From an uncultured delta proteobacterium (GTDB lineage: Bacteria; Desulfobacterota; Binatia; UBA9968): 64,000 bases of DNA. The first letter of the stretch is position 1; each line of letters begins with the position of its first letter. Both the position numbers and the translations under genes were made by a program. The notes under the pieces were generated by a model that had not been told where the DNA came from, ran no database searches, and saw only the letters and a list, made by a program, of their open reading frames with translations. Positions 1 through 10,367 of the stretch are shown here, piece after piece. Location of the stretch: positions 192,001 through 256,000 of the forward strand of contig CAVUVW010000017.1 of NCBI GenBank assembly GCA_963745035.1, written 5' to 3'.

Positions 1-73
1 CGCAAAACGCGCAGACAGCAAGTTTCAGTTTCTTGCTGTCGCCTACCGCCTGTTGCCTGTTGCCTGTGATCAT
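1..73 (-). CDS. 5' end of an ABC_sub_bind-family SBP copy, continuing beyond the window edge
   Basis: Reverse strand reads [24 protein letters not shown], nearly identical to the N-termini of the copies starting at 4733 and 6788. Confidence 0.8.
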   Translation of the reverse strand, partial: MITGNRQQAVGDSKKLKLAVCAFC

Positions 74-200
74 CGAATCACCCTATCCGCCTTTGCCAGC
101 ACGTTGGGCGGAATCGTTAGGCCGATCTGCTTTGCGGTTTTGAGGTTGATGGTCAACTCGAACTTCGTCGACTGCTCCACAGGTAAATCCACGGGCTTTT
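70..200 (-). pseudogene. Orphan C-terminal ~40 codons of an SBP copy
   Basis: Reads [42 protein letters not shown]; in-frame TGA a few codons upstream and no gene body. Confidence 0.8.
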
Positions 201-254
201 TGTCTTGGCGTTGTCAGCGGGAAATGCCGTTAACCCACACGCGCGGCAAATCGA

Positions 255-283
255 TTGACGAAAGCCGATGCGGCGTTTAATCT
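255..283 (+). promoter_or_regulatory. sigma70-like promoter of TA module 1, probably leaderless
   Basis: TTGACG-N17-TAATCT ending 6 nt before the ATG at 290; no Shine-Dalgarno. Confidence 0.5.
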
Positions 284-289
284 CCAACC

Positions 290-535
290 ATGAAGCCCAA
301 TCATGAGAAAGTCTTGAAAGAGGCGTTGCGTCTTCCCACCGAGGCGCGTGCAGCGCTTGCCGGTCATCTGCTTGAAAGCTTGGATGACACAGTTGATGAG
401 GATGTTGAATTGGCGTGGGGCAAGGAGATTGCGCGACGCATCGACGATCTAGATCGGGGTAAAGTAAAGACGGTTCTCTGGTCCGTGGCGCGGCGCCAGA
501 TCCTCGGACGATCCGGTGGCCGCTCCAAGCGTTAG
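290..535 (+). CDS. Addiction-module antitoxin (TIGR02574-like)
   Basis: 81 aa, ALRLPTEARAALAGHLLESLD...W..EIARRI pattern; overlaps the downstream toxin. Confidence 0.85.
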   Translation: MKPNHEKVLKEALRLPTEARAALAGHLLESLDDTVDEDVELAWGKEIARRIDDLDRGKVKTVLWSVARRQILGRSGGRSKR

Positions 536-824
536 ACTCCATCCTGACGCAATCGCTGAGGCAAAGGCGGCTTACGATTGGTATGCTGAACGCAATCCCT
601 CTGTCGCGAATGCTTTCATCTCTGAACTCGATCACGCCATCAGCCAAATCCAAAAGACTCCGGAGCGGTGGGCCATGCATTTGCGTGGCACGAGAAAGTT
701 TCTCCTCCGACGTTTCCCGTACGCGGTAGTTTACCGGATCACCCAATCCACCATTCAGGTTATCGCTGTGGCCCATGGGCGCCGCCGTCCCGGCTATTGG
801 AAGTCGCGGCTTCAAATCGGGTAA
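516..824 (+). CDS. RelE/ParE-family toxin
   Basis: 102 aa, LHPDAIAE..AAYDWY...RRFPYAVVY...VIAVAHGRRRPGYW. Confidence 0.9.
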   Translation: MAAPSVRLHPDAIAEAKAAYDWYAERNPSVANAFISELDHAISQIQKTPERWAMHLRGTRKFLLRRFPYAVVYRITQSTIQVIAVAHGRRRPGYWKSRLQIG

Positions 825-847
825 GTCCATACTGAGATGATCACTGT

Positions 848-1954
848 TCACTTGATGACTTGATTCGCCCGCTCCAACACGCGGTTCGGAATTGTCAGGC
901 CGATCTGTTTCGCTGCTTTAAGGTTGATGACGAATTCAAATTTCGTCGCTTGCTGCACCGGCAAATCAGCCGGTTTGGCACCTTTCAAGATCTTGTCCAC
1001 ATAATCAGCCGCGCGGCGATAGAGGTCATCGAAGTCTGTCCCGTAGGACATCAGGCCGCCCTCATCGACAAACTCCTTCCGCCAGTAAATCGCCGGCAAG
1101 CGGAATTTGACGGCAAGCTCGACGATCCGCTTTCTTTCGGCGAAAAAGAAGGGACCGGCGGTGGTCATAATCGCGCCCACCTGCTTCTGCTTCGCGGTAT
1201 TAAAGGCGCTCTCTAAACCCTTGGCGTCGCGTTGAGTTTCGATCTCCTCCAATTCGAGCTTCAGTGCTAGAGCCGCAGGCCTGAGCGCTTTCATTTGGAG
1301 GTCTACAGCTAAGCTGGTTGTCGACCCCCGCAGAAGACCAACTCGGGCGAGCTTGAGGAACGCGTCCTTGAGTACCTCTAGTCTTTTAGTATTTAACTCC
1401 GGCGCTAGACCCGAGAATCCCGTAACATTGCCTCCCGGCCGCGCCAGATTGACAGCCAGACCGGCACCCACGGGGTCCGAAGCGATCGCCACGATGGGGA
1501 TGGCAGTAGTGGCGCTCTTGGCCGATAACGCCACCGCCGGCGACGTACCCACGATGACATCAACCTTGAGACGGACTAGGTCGGCCGCAAGCTCAGGCAG
1601 GCGCTCTGACTTTTGCTCGGAAAACCGGTACTCGAAGACGATATTTTTTCCTTCGATCCAGCCAAGCTTGCGCAGCTCCTGTCGGAACGCGTCCACGAGG
1701 ACCGCGCTACCGGAAGCAGTGCTGTTATCGAGGAACCCGATGCGGAAAACTTTTCCGGTCTGCTGCGCGTCGACAGAACCGCAAAGCGCAAAGAGCATGG
1801 CGCATAAACTAGAGATCAGAAGTCGCAGGTCAGAGATCGGCTTCAAATCAAAGCGGCAGACGGCACAGAGAAAACGTCCGGCGCTCGGACGCTGATGGTT
1901 CATTCCGGATCTGGGCTTTCTGACCTCTGACATCTGACCGCTGATCTCTGTCAT
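848..1954 (-). CDS. ABC_sub_bind (COG2984) SBP, copy 1; true start may be later
   Basis: RIGFL...LARPGGNVTG...GGLMSYG...[14 protein letters not shown] motifs; signal peptide ending VDA-QQ. Confidence 0.9.
   Translation of the reverse strand: MTEISGQMSEVRKPRSGMNHQRPSAGRFLCAVCRFDLKPISDLRLLISSLCAMLFALCGSVDAQQTGKVFRIGFLDNSTASGSAVLVDAFRQELRKLGWIEGKNIVFEYRFSEQKSERLPELAADLVRLKVDVIVGTSPAVALSAKSATTAIPIVAIASDPVGAGLAVNLARPGGNVTGFSGLAPELNTKRLEVLKDAFLKLARVGLLRGSTTSLAVDLQMKALRPAALALKLELEEIETQRDAKGLESAFNTAKQKQVGAIMTTAGPFFFAERKRIVELAVKFRLPAIYWRKEFVDEGGLMSYGTDFDDLYRRAADYVDKILKGAKPADLPVQQATKFEFVINLKAAKQIGLTIPNRVLERANQVIK
1810..1950. repeat. Inverted arms of TCTGACC-type heptamer repeats in the 5' region of SBP copy 1
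   Basis: agagatcagaagtcgcaggtcagagatc (~1810-1838) and tctgacctctgacatctgaccgctgatctctg (~1919-1950). Confidence 0.65.
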
Positions 1955-1960
1955 TTGAGT

Positions 1961-1989
1961 TTGACTTGAATCACCAGCTGCATTATAAA
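1961..1989 (+). promoter_or_regulatory. sigma70-like promoter of TA module 2
   Basis: TTGACT-N17-TATAAA; AAGGAG Shine-Dalgarno at 2011-2016. Confidence 0.55.
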
Positions 1990-2020
1990 TAACCTCATAA
2001 GTCTTCTAACAAGGAGCATT

Positions 2021-2263
2021 ATGGGAGCAATAGCCGTTTCTAAAAAGGAAGAAGAGCAAATCGAAAGGTTGCGTAAAGACCTGGGGATCGCAAGCAAATC
2101 GGCACTGATCCGCACCGCGCTAAGAACTTTGGAAAAGAAAAGCCAGGAAGAAAAATTACGCCGCGATATCCAGGACTCCGTGAATCGCTGCGGCGCGGCC
2201 GATCGTGAGGAGAACAGAGAACTTTTCAACGCCGGTGTCGCGCGCGCGGATGGGAAGGAGTAA
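2021..2263 (+). CDS. Putative ribbon-helix-helix antitoxin
   Basis: 80 aa, AIAV...IERLRKDLGIASKSALIRTAL; abuts the MazF gene. Confidence 0.75.
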   Translation: MGAIAVSKKEEEQIERLRKDLGIASKSALIRTALRTLEKKSQEEKLRRDIQDSVNRCGAADREENRELFNAGVARADGKE

Positions 2264-2608
2264 ATGCCCGTCAAACGGGGGCACTTATACATCATCGATT
2301 TCAATCCTCGCATCAAAACCAAGCCCGGAAAGCTTCGGCCTGGCCTAGTGCTCCAATCCGATCTCGTCAATGAGGCCGAGTATCCGTCGACTATCGTCAT
2401 TCCAACCACGACCCGGCTTGTGGAAAATCCGGGAATTCTTCGAATTCGCCTCAAGAAGGGCCAAGGCGGAGTCTCTCGCGACAGCGATCTACTGTTAGGC
2501 CAAGTGATCGCTGTGGCCAACGAGTCTTTCCGCCACGAGATTGGCTCCTTGCCAAATCCTATGATGGAAGAAGTGGAAAACCGTATCCGCATCATTCTAA
2601 ACTTGTGA
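2264..2608 (+). CDS. mazF: MazF/PemK-family endoribonuclease toxin
   Basis: KRGHLYIIDFNP...PGKLRPGLVLQSD...TIVIPTTT. Confidence 0.9.
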   Translation: MPVKRGHLYIIDFNPRIKTKPGKLRPGLVLQSDLVNEAEYPSTIVIPTTTRLVENPGILRIRLKKGQGGVSRDSDLLLGQVIAVANESFRHEIGSLPNPMMEEVENRIRIILNL

Positions 2609-2679
2609 GAAATCTCGGCTTGGTTAGTTCTTTGGATTTTCGATTAAAGACCATCTTCCTTACGCCTCGCCCCTCACGC

Positions 2680-3664
2680 CTATCGAATCACCTTATTCGC
2701 TCGCTCAAGCACACGGTTCGGAATTGTCAGGCCGATTTGTTTCGCTGCTTTGAGGTTGATAACGAATTCAAACTTCGTCGCTTGCTGCACCGGCAAATCA
2801 GCCGGTTTGGCACCTTTCAAGATCTTGTCCACGTAAACAGCGGCGCGCCGAAAGAGGTCAGTGTTGTCCGTCCCATACGACATGAGACCTCCCTCATCGA
2901 CAAACCCCTTCTGGGTAAATAGCCGGCAACCGGTATTTGACGGCAAGCTCGACGATCCGCTTTCTTTCTGCGAAAAAGGGGCGGGTGGACATCGTCATAA
3001 TCGCGTTGACCTGCTTTTGCTTTGCCGTTTGAAAGGCGCTCTCTAAACCTTTGGCGTCGGGTTGAGCATCGATCTCCTCCAATTTCAGCTTCAGTGCCAC
3101 AGCGGCAGGCCTGATTTCTTTCAGTTGGAGGTCTCTTCCTACGCTGCCCGTTGTCCCCCGCAGAAACCCAACTCGGGCGAGCTTGGGGACCGAGTCTTTG
3201 AGTACCTCTAGCCTTTTGTGTTTAGCTCGGGCGATAAACTCGACAAGCCGGTGACGTTGCCACCCGGCCGCGCCAGGCTCGCAACCAAGCCTGCACCCAC
3301 AGGGTTCCCAGCGTTCGTCATCACGATGGGGATCGTAGTCGTGGCGCTCTTGGCCGCTAATGCTGCTGGGGTCGCTGCGACCACGATTAGATCAACCTTA
3401 AGACGAACCAGCTCCGCCGCAAGCTCAGGTAGCCGGTCATTTTTCCTCTGCAAATCGGGACTCGATGGTGAGATTCTTTCCCTCGCTCCAGCCAAGCTTG
3501 CTCAGCTCTTGCCGTAACCTCTCCAAGCGGTCCGCGATTCTGGAAGTAATGCTATCATCCAGGTAACCTATGCGGAAGATTTTTCCTGTCTGTTGCGCGT
3601 CGACAGAACCGCAAAGCGCATAGAGCACGGCGCAAAGCGCAATTGCAAAAATCTCTCGTTTCAA
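2680..3664 (-). CDS. SBP copy 2, three frameshifts (~3440, ~3212, ~2912)
   Basis: Fragments 3437-3664, 3208-3495, 2894-3100 and 2680-2946 join into one SBP very similar to copy 1. Confidence 0.85.
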
Positions 3665-3667
3665 TTT

Positions 3668-3705
3668 CTCACCTCACGCCTGACGCCTCACCACTCACGC
3701 CTCAC
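3668..3705. repeat. CTCACGC-type heptamer tract at an SBP junction (also ~2658-2682 and ~5736-5750)
   Basis: ctcacctcacgcctgacgcctcaccactcacgcctcacc. Confidence 0.7.
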
Positions 3706-4733
3706 CGAATCACCCGATCCGCCCGCGCCAACACTTTCTGGGGAATGGTGACGCCAATCTGCTTTGCCGTTTTCAAGTTGATTACCAGTTCAAATTTTGT
3801 CGGCTGCTCGACGGGAAGATCGGCGGGTTTGGCGCCCTTCAGGATTTTGTCCAAGTAAGTGGCTACGCGCCGGTGGCTGTCCTCGAGGTCCGACCCGTAG
3901 GACATGAGCCCACCGGCTTCTACAGCTTCTCTGAACGCATACGTTGATGGTAACCGGCTCTGTATTGCAAAGCCCGCGATCCGTTTTTGGTTGGCTCTCA
4001 TCAGAAGGCTCGAAGTCAAGTAGAGCCCATCCGGGCGCTCCTTGTTGACGGCAGAGAACACCTGGTCAAAACCTTCCGCATCTCGTATTTCCCAAGGCCG
4101 AATCGTCAACTTCAGCGCGCGCGCCGCGACTGGGAGAACCTCTTTCAGCTCGAATGTACTCCCCCGACTGGACGGATCGTAAAGAACCGCGACGCGGGCA
4201 ACTTTGGGAACGGCTTCTTTGAGCAGCTTCAGCCGCTTACCGGCTAGTTCTGGAGAAAGGTTTGTAATGCCGGTGACGTTGCCCCCGGGACGCGCAAGGT
4301 TTTCAATTAGCCCTGCCTCGACAGGATCGAGCCCTTGGCCCAACAGAACGATGGGTATTGTGCTGGTCGCATTCTTGGCCGCGCGGATCACTGCGGTCCC
4401 TCCTGCGGCCACAAGAATATCCATCTTGAGACGCACCAACTCGGCCGCTAGCTCCGGGAGCCGATCGACCTTTCCCTCCGCATAACGGTATTCGATGGCG
4501 ATGTTCCGTCCTTCTATATAGCCGAGCTCGCGCAGAGCCAGCCGAATGGCCTCGGCACGGGCAGACTCATTAGTGGGGTCGCCCGCCGATAAATAGCCTA
4601 ACCGCGAGGTTTTCTTCGCCTGCTGCGCGTTAGCGGACGGGCAAAGCGCAAAGAGCACGGCGCAAAACGCGCAGACAACGAGTTTCAGTTTCTTACTGTT
4701 GCCTACCGCCTGTTGCCTGTTGCCTGTGATCAT
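3702..4733 (-). CDS. SBP copy 3 (intact)
   Basis: 343 aa, family motifs and signal peptide. Confidence 0.92.
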   Translation of the reverse strand: MITGNRQQAVGNSKKLKLVVCAFCAVLFALCPSANAQQAKKTSRLGYLSAGDPTNESARAEAIRLALRELGYIEGRNIAIEYRYAEGKVDRLPELAAELVRLKMDILVAAGGTAVIRAAKNATSTIPIVLLGQGLDPVEAGLIENLARPGGNVTGITNLSPELAGKRLKLLKEAVPKVARVAVLYDPSSRGSTFELKEVLPVAARALKLTIRPWEIRDAEGFDQVFSAVNKERPDGLYLTSSLLMRANQKRIAGFAIQSRLPSTYAFREAVEAGGLMSYGSDLEDSHRRVATYLDKILKGAKPADLPVEQPTKFELVINLKTAKQIGVTIPQKVLARADRVIR

Positions 4734-4740
4734 CGAATCA
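4696..4740. repeat. TGCCTGT-type heptamer junction (also ~36-80 and ~6751-6795)
   Basis: ctgttgcctaccgcctgttgcctgttgcctgtgatcatcgaatca occurs three times near-identically, with ATGA stop/start overlap. Confidence 0.8.
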
Positions 4741-5725
4741 CTTTATCCGCGCTGGCCAGCACGTTTTGCGAGATCGTGAGGCCTAGCTGTTTCGCCGTCT
4801 TCAGATTGATCACCAGCTCGAACTTCGTCGGCTGCTCCACTGGAAGGTCTGCGGGCTTGGCGCCCTTTAGGATCTTGTCGACATAAGTGGCGGCGCGCCT
4901 GAAACTTTCCGTATCGCTGGATGAATAGGACATGAGGCCACCGGCCTCGACGTACTGTCTGTCCTCGTGTATTGAAGGCAGTCGGTTCTTTACGGCAAGG
5001 GCCGCAATCCGCTTTGGGTAACTTGCGGCCAGCGGACCGGTAACCGAAATGATCGCGCTCGCGCGCCCCTTGGTCGCGGCTTGGAATGCTGCCTCGTAAT
5101 CAGGATTCGGACCGCGCACCTCTAGGAATAAAAACTGCATCTTTAGTGCGCGCGCCGCAGCCTCATAATCTTTGAAAGCAATAGCCACCGCCGAGCTGCT
5201 CGCCTCTCCAAGGACTCCGACGCGCGATATCCCGGGAACCGCTTCTTTGAGCAGTTCTAGCCGCTTTCCGCTCAATTCTCGGATGAGGCCGGTGAGCCCG
5301 GTAATGTTCCCGCCGGGGCGCGCTAGGCTATCGATTAGCCCAGTGGCGACTGGATCCTGAGTTGTCACCATGACAATGGGAGTCGTCTTGGTCGCCTCCT
5401 TGGCTGCGCGGATCGCTGATAGAGATCTAACGACAAGCACATCGACCTTGAGTTGCACGAGTTCGGCCACTTGGTTTGTAATCCGGTCAGGCTTTCCTTC
5501 ACCGTAGCTATACTCGATCAGGATGTTTTTCCCCTCAATGTAACCGAGATCTCGCAGCCCTTGCCGGAATGCTTCGGCGAACGGATGGGGAGAGGTGGGG
5601 GTGGGGCTGACCCTTTGCGCCAGAAATCCTATGCGAGGTACTTTTCCTGTCTGCTGCGCCTCGACAAGAGAAGTAGTTGCCAGAAAGAGAGTTGCTAGCA
5701 GCCTGAGAGTGATTCTCTTGTTCAT
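4730..5725 (-). CDS. SBP copy 4 (intact)
   Basis: 331 aa, family motifs. Confidence 0.92.
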   Translation of the reverse strand: MNKRITLRLLATLFLATTSLVEAQQTGKVPRIGFLAQRVSPTPTSPHPFAEAFRQGLRDLGYIEGKNILIEYSYGEGKPDRITNQVAELVQLKVDVLVVRSLSAIRAAKEATKTTPIVMVTTQDPVATGLIDSLARPGGNITGLTGLIRELSGKRLELLKEAVPGISRVGVLGEASSSAVAIAFKDYEAAARALKMQFLFLEVRGPNPDYEAAFQAATKGRASAIISVTGPLAASYPKRIAALAVKNRLPSIHEDRQYVEAGGLMSYSSSDTESFRRAATYVDKILKGAKPADLPVEQPTKFELVINLKTAKQLGLTISQNVLASADKVIR

Positions 5726-5763
5726 ATTTTTCTCTTACTCACGCCTCAGCCTGCTGCCTGTTT

Positions 5764-6788
5764 TCACTTGATCACTCTATCCGCCCGCGCCAGCACACTC
5801 GGCGGAATCGTCAGACCGATTTGCCTGGCCGCCTTGATATTGATGACCAACTCGAATTTCGTCGGTTGCTCCACCGGAAGGTCTGCCGGCTTTGCGCCTT
5901 TAAGAATCTTGTCGACATAGGTCGCCGCGCGCCGGGACAAGTCAATAAAGCTTGTGGCATAACTGACCAGGCCGCCGGCTTCGACAAATTCATCCCGTCC
6001 GTACGTCGCCGGGAATTTGTTCTTCGCTGCGAACTCGACGATCCGATTTCTGTGTGCGTTCATCAGCGGACCGCCAGCGATCATCAATCCACCGGGGCGC
6101 CATTTCATGATCGCTTGGAATTGACTATCGAAGTCTTCGGCCTTTGCCAGTTCGAACCTTTGCGTTTGTACGTTTAGCACTCGGGCGGTTGGCTCTATCT
6201 CGTCCACGCCGATCCCTTCGGTGACGTTCGTCAAATCCCTTAAAACCGCCACACGCGAGAGCTTGGGAGTAATTTCTTTAAGCAGCTCCAATCGCTTGTC
6301 ACCGAGATCCCCGCTGACATTCGTAAGCCCCGTGATATTTCCAGCCGGCCGCGCGAGACTGCTGACAAATCCCGACGCCACCGGATCGTTGTCCGACATC
6401 ATGACGATGGGAATCGTAGTGGTCGCTTCTTTGGCAGGGCGGGTCGCTGAACTTCCCGTCGTGACAATCACATCGACGTGGAGATGGACCAGCTCGGCGG
6501 CAAGCTTGGTCATTCGCTGGGCGTCGTTGTCCGCGAAGCGGTAATCGATGGTAATGTTTTGTCCCTCGATGTATCCCAGCTTTCGTAGTGCCTCTCGAAA
6601 TGCTTCGACACGATCTTTTTGAACCGTTGCCCGGTTGAGAGAAAGGAACCCGACTCGGGAATCTTTTTCGCAGACTGCTGCGCCTCGGCGGACGAGCAAA
6701 ACGCAAGGATCACGGCGCAAAGAACGCAAGCAGCGAGCTTCAGATTCCTACTGTTGCCTACCGCCTGTTGCCTGTTGCCTGTGATCAT
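5764..6788 (-). CDS. SBP copy 5, one frameshift (~6660)
   Basis: N-terminus in 6510-6788 frame, remainder in 5764-6729 frame; one C missing in a C run. Confidence 0.88.
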
Positions 6789-7759
6789 CGAATCACCCGA
6801 TCCGCCCGCGCCAGCACACTCGGCGGGATGGTCAAGCCGATCTGCTTGGCAGCCTTGAGATTGATAACCAACTCGAACTTCGTCGGCTGCTCCACCGGCA
6901 AGTCGGCGGGTTTGGCACCCTTCAGAATTTTGTCGACGTAGACCGCAGCGCGCTGGAACAACGCTGGGAAGCTCGTGCCGTAAGACATAAGGCCGCCGGC
7001 TTCCACGTACTCCGTGAAGCTGTACATTGCCGGGAGTTTCTGCCTGGCCACCGCTTCTGTGATCAGCTTCCGGTTAAAGAAGATCAATGGATCCGGAAGC
7101 TCGAAGAGTGCCTGCGGTCGGTCCTTCCCAATGCCGGATAAAACCTTTTGAATCTCTTCCTGGTTTCGCGCCTCCAGGGAAATCAATGTAACTTTCAGCG
7201 CCTGCGCTTCGGTCAGACTTTCCTTGTACGCGGCCTGTTGACCCGGCTGGTTCGGGTTCCAGAGAACGGCCACGCGCGAGAGGCGTGGAACAACTTCCTT
7301 CAGTAACTCGAGCCGTTTCCCGGTCAAATCCGGAGCGATATGCGTCAGCCCAGTTATGTTTCCTCCGGGCTTCGCCAGGCTGGCGACGAATCCCGATCCT
7401 ACGGGGTCGGTGACTCCCGCCATGATGATCGGGATCGAGCTGGTTTGTTCCTTGGCGAACCGGATCGCAGGAGTAGCCGAAGAAACGATGACATCGACTT
7501 TGAGGCGAACAAAGTCGGCGACGAAGCCTGGCAAACTTTCCAACTTGCCGTCGGCCCAGCGGTACTCGATCACGATGTTGTGTCCGTCCACGTACCCAAG
7601 CTCGCGCAGCCCCTGTACAAACGCGGTAGCATGATGCCCCGCAGTGGCTTGGGAACCGGCTCCCACATAACCGATCTTTTTCGCTGGCTGCGCCAGGGCC
7701 ACCGCCCCACAGGGGGCCAGAGTCACAAAGATTGCAAACAGTCCAACGAAGCGTTTCAT
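6785..7759 (-). CDS. SBP copy 6 (intact)
   Basis: 324 aa, family motifs. Confidence 0.92.
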   Translation of the reverse strand: MKRFVGLFAIFVTLAPCGAVALAQPAKKIGYVGAGSQATAGHHATAFVQGLRELGYVDGHNIVIEYRWADGKLESLPGFVADFVRLKVDVIVSSATPAIRFAKEQTSSIPIIMAGVTDPVGSGFVASLAKPGGNITGLTHIAPDLTGKRLELLKEVVPRLSRVAVLWNPNQPGQQAAYKESLTEAQALKVTLISLEARNQEEIQKVLSGIGKDRPQALFELPDPLIFFNRKLITEAVARQKLPAMYSFTEYVEAGGLMSYGTSFPALFQRAAVYVDKILKGAKPADLPVEQPTKFELVINLKAAKQIGLTIPPSVLARADRVIR

Positions 7760-7766
7760 ACCCCGC

Positions 7767-8165
7767 CTATTTTAGATTTCCGATTTTAGATTGCCGATTG
7801 ATCGGAGGATTTCCGTTGCGGTTCTGAAGAGTTCTTATTGATGCTACCGTCATTGCGATGATCTCGTTGGTTTCTTGCAACAACTCCGACAGCCTGGCCT
7901 CAGGTACAAGCCCCGATTCAATCAGTAGTTCCATCCAGTAGGCTGACTCGTCTGCTTCTTCTTCAACTATCCGAAGCTTAGCGATCACATCCGCAGTGGA
8001 CTTGCCGCGACACGCTGCTCGATAGTTAGCGCCGATCGAAGTGCCGGATCGGATCAACTGTCTACCGATCACGTCCGCGGTTCGGTTCTTCGGTAGCGCG
8101 TCGACGACTTTGATGATGCGTAAAGCTAGCTGCTTTGTGCGCTTCTTGAATACGTTTTCATCCAT
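7767..8165 (-). CDS. Four helix bundle protein (23S rRNA IVP family, TIGR02436-like)
   Basis: RTKQLALRIIKVVDALP...IGRQLIRSGTSIGANYRAACRGKSTAD..AKLRIVEEEADESAYWMELL. Confidence 0.9.
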   Translation of the reverse strand: MDENVFKKRTKQLALRIIKVVDALPKNRTADVIGRQLIRSGTSIGANYRAACRGKSTADVIAKLRIVEEEADESAYWMELLIESGLVPEARLSELLQETNEIIAMTVASIRTLQNRNGNPPINRQSKIGNLK

Positions 8166-8210
8166 GTATTTTCTCGGCCAATCGAAAATCGGCAATCGAA
8201 AATCGAAAAT
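7769..8210. repeat. Inverted AATCGAA-type heptamer arms flanking the four-helix-bundle gene
   Basis: attttagatttccgattttagattgccgattg (~7769-7800) and caatcgaaaatcggcaatcgaaaatcgaaaat (~8179-8210). Confidence 0.8.
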
Positions 8211-8211
8211 G

Positions 8212-9257
8212 TCATTTAATGACTTTGTCCGCCCGCGCCAGCACACTCGGCGGAATCGTCAGACCGATTTGCTTGGCCGCCTTGATATTGATGATCAGAT
8301 CGAACTTCGTGGGCTGCTCGACAGGCAGATCGCCTGGCTTGGCGCCTTTCAAAATCTTGTCCACATACGTTGCGGCGCGCCGGTCCAAGATCGGTGATGC
8401 TTGCGCCGTAGCTCATTAACCCCCCGTTGTCGACAATTGTCGAATTGTAGTAAATCGCCGGCAGCCGGTTCTTTACCGCGAGGTCCGGAATCCCTCGGGA
8501 AAAGTTGCCGGGGAAGTTCAGCACGAGGACTGCATCCGCTCGCTCCTTGCTCGCGGTTCGTAATGCAGCCTCGATATCCTTTGAATCTCGTATGTCCAAA
8601 TATTGAATCTGCACGCCGAGCGCGCTCGCCGCGAGTTCCGTCTCTCTTAGCGATTGCGAATTGCCGGGGTTGTTAGACATACCGAGGACCGCCACGCGAG
8701 AGAGCTTGGGAACAATCTCCCTCAGAATCTCCAGTCGTTTTCCGCTTATCTCCTGGGCAAGGTTAGACAATCCCGTAATGTTTCCGCCGGGTCGCGCCAG
8801 GCTGGCGACGAACCCGTTCCCAACAGGATCGCTATCCTGCGTCATGACAATGGGAATCGTAGTGGTTGCTTGCTTGACGGCGCGGGTTGCTGTGGGACCA
8901 CCGGTGACGATGACGTCTACCTTGAGACGCACCAGCTCGGCTGCAAGCGCGGGGAGGCGATCGATTTTTCCCTCGGCAGATCGCCACTCAATGACAATGT
9001 TTTTCCCCTCGACATAACCAAGTTCACGCAGTCCCTGCCGGAATGCCTCCTGCGAACCGCTGCACTGCCGGAACGGGAGTCGGCAGTTAGATAACCTATG
9101 CGCGAAATTTTCTTCGGCTGCTGCGCCGCGGCCACCGCCCCACACATTGCGAATGCGACAGCGAGAGCAACAATCCCCACCAATTTTCGATTTTGGATTT
9201 TAGATTTTCGATTGTCGGAGCAGAGAAAGCAAAGCGCATTCGAGATGTCTTGTGCAT
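8212..9257 (-). CDS. SBP copy 7, several frameshifts (~9230, ~9065, ~8385)
   Basis: Fragments join into a full SBP; GGAG SD before ATG at 9257; ends ADKVIK*. Confidence 0.82.
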
Positions 9258-9296
9258 TTGTTTTTCTCCGTAATCGAAAATCGGCAATCTAAAATC
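9182..9296. repeat. Empty inverted AATCGAA heptamer arm pair
   Basis: aattttcgattttggattttagattttcgattg, ~57-bp spacer, aatcgaaaatcggcaatctaaaatc. Confidence 0.8.
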
Positions 9297-10342
9297 ACTT
9301 AATAACTTTGTCCGCCCGCGCCAGCACGTTCGGCGGAATCGTCAGGCCGATCTGCTTAGCGGCATTCATATTGACGAGGAACTCGAACTTCGTCGCCTGC
9401 TGTACCGGCAAGTCGGCCGGTTTGGCGCCTTTCAAGATCTTGTCGACAAAGTCAGCGGCGCGCCGCCATAAGTCCGTATTGTCTGGCCCGTAGCTCATCA
9501 AGCCGCCGGCCTCAACAAACTCACTGTAGTGGTAGATCGCCGGCAACCGGTTCTTTGCCGCGAAGTCCAACACTTGGCGTTGCTGAGTATTGATAAGTGC
9601 ACCTGTGGTCGTAATGAGCGCCTGGGCGCGTTCCTTTTTCGCTCGTGCGAATGCGCCCTCAAAATCGTCAAGGCTTCGCACCTCCAGCGATAGAAGTTTG
9701 AGTCCCAACGCCTTGGCCGCAGCCTCCATATCTGTGAGGGCCAGGTTTCCCCTCGTTCCACCCGGTTCCCAGAGGAAGGCCACCCGGGCAACCTTAGGGA
9801 AGGCTTCCTTGAGCAGCTCCAACCGTTTGCCATCTAGATCTGGCACCATGAGACTAAGACCGGTGATATTCCCGCCTGGTTGCGCCAGGCTGGAGACAAG
9901 CCCAGTTCCTACTGGATCGGAAGCAGCGGCGAATACGATGGGAATCGTCGCGCTCGCCTTCTTGGCAGCTAATGTAGCGCCGGGGCCGGCTGGTGACGAT
10001 GACGTCAACTTTGAGACGGACCAGTTCGGCTGCAAGGTCAGGCAGCCGTTCGCCTTTCCCTTCTGCATAACGGTACTCAATGACAATGTTTTTTCCTTCG
10101 ACATAGCCAAGCTCGCGCAGCCCTTGGCGAAATGCTTCGACCCGGGCCGAGAGGAAGGACGCGGAGGACGGGATCAGAATTCCTATCCGGTGAATTCTCG
10201 CCGGCTGCTGCGCCTGAACCACCGCCCCGCCAAACGTGACCGCGAGGACGATTGCAAAGAGCCCCGCCCATTTTCGATTTTCGATTTTGGATTCTTAGAT
10301 TGTTGGTCGAATAGACTTCGATCCAAAGATCACTTTCTGCAT
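9295..10342 (-). CDS. SBP copy 8, frameshifted (~10295, ~9990)
   Basis: Fragments 9854-10222 and 9295-10110; single AATCGAA tract at ~10270-10302. Confidence 0.82.
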
Positions 10343-10367
10343 TGCTCTTCTCGCCTCATCCAAAATT

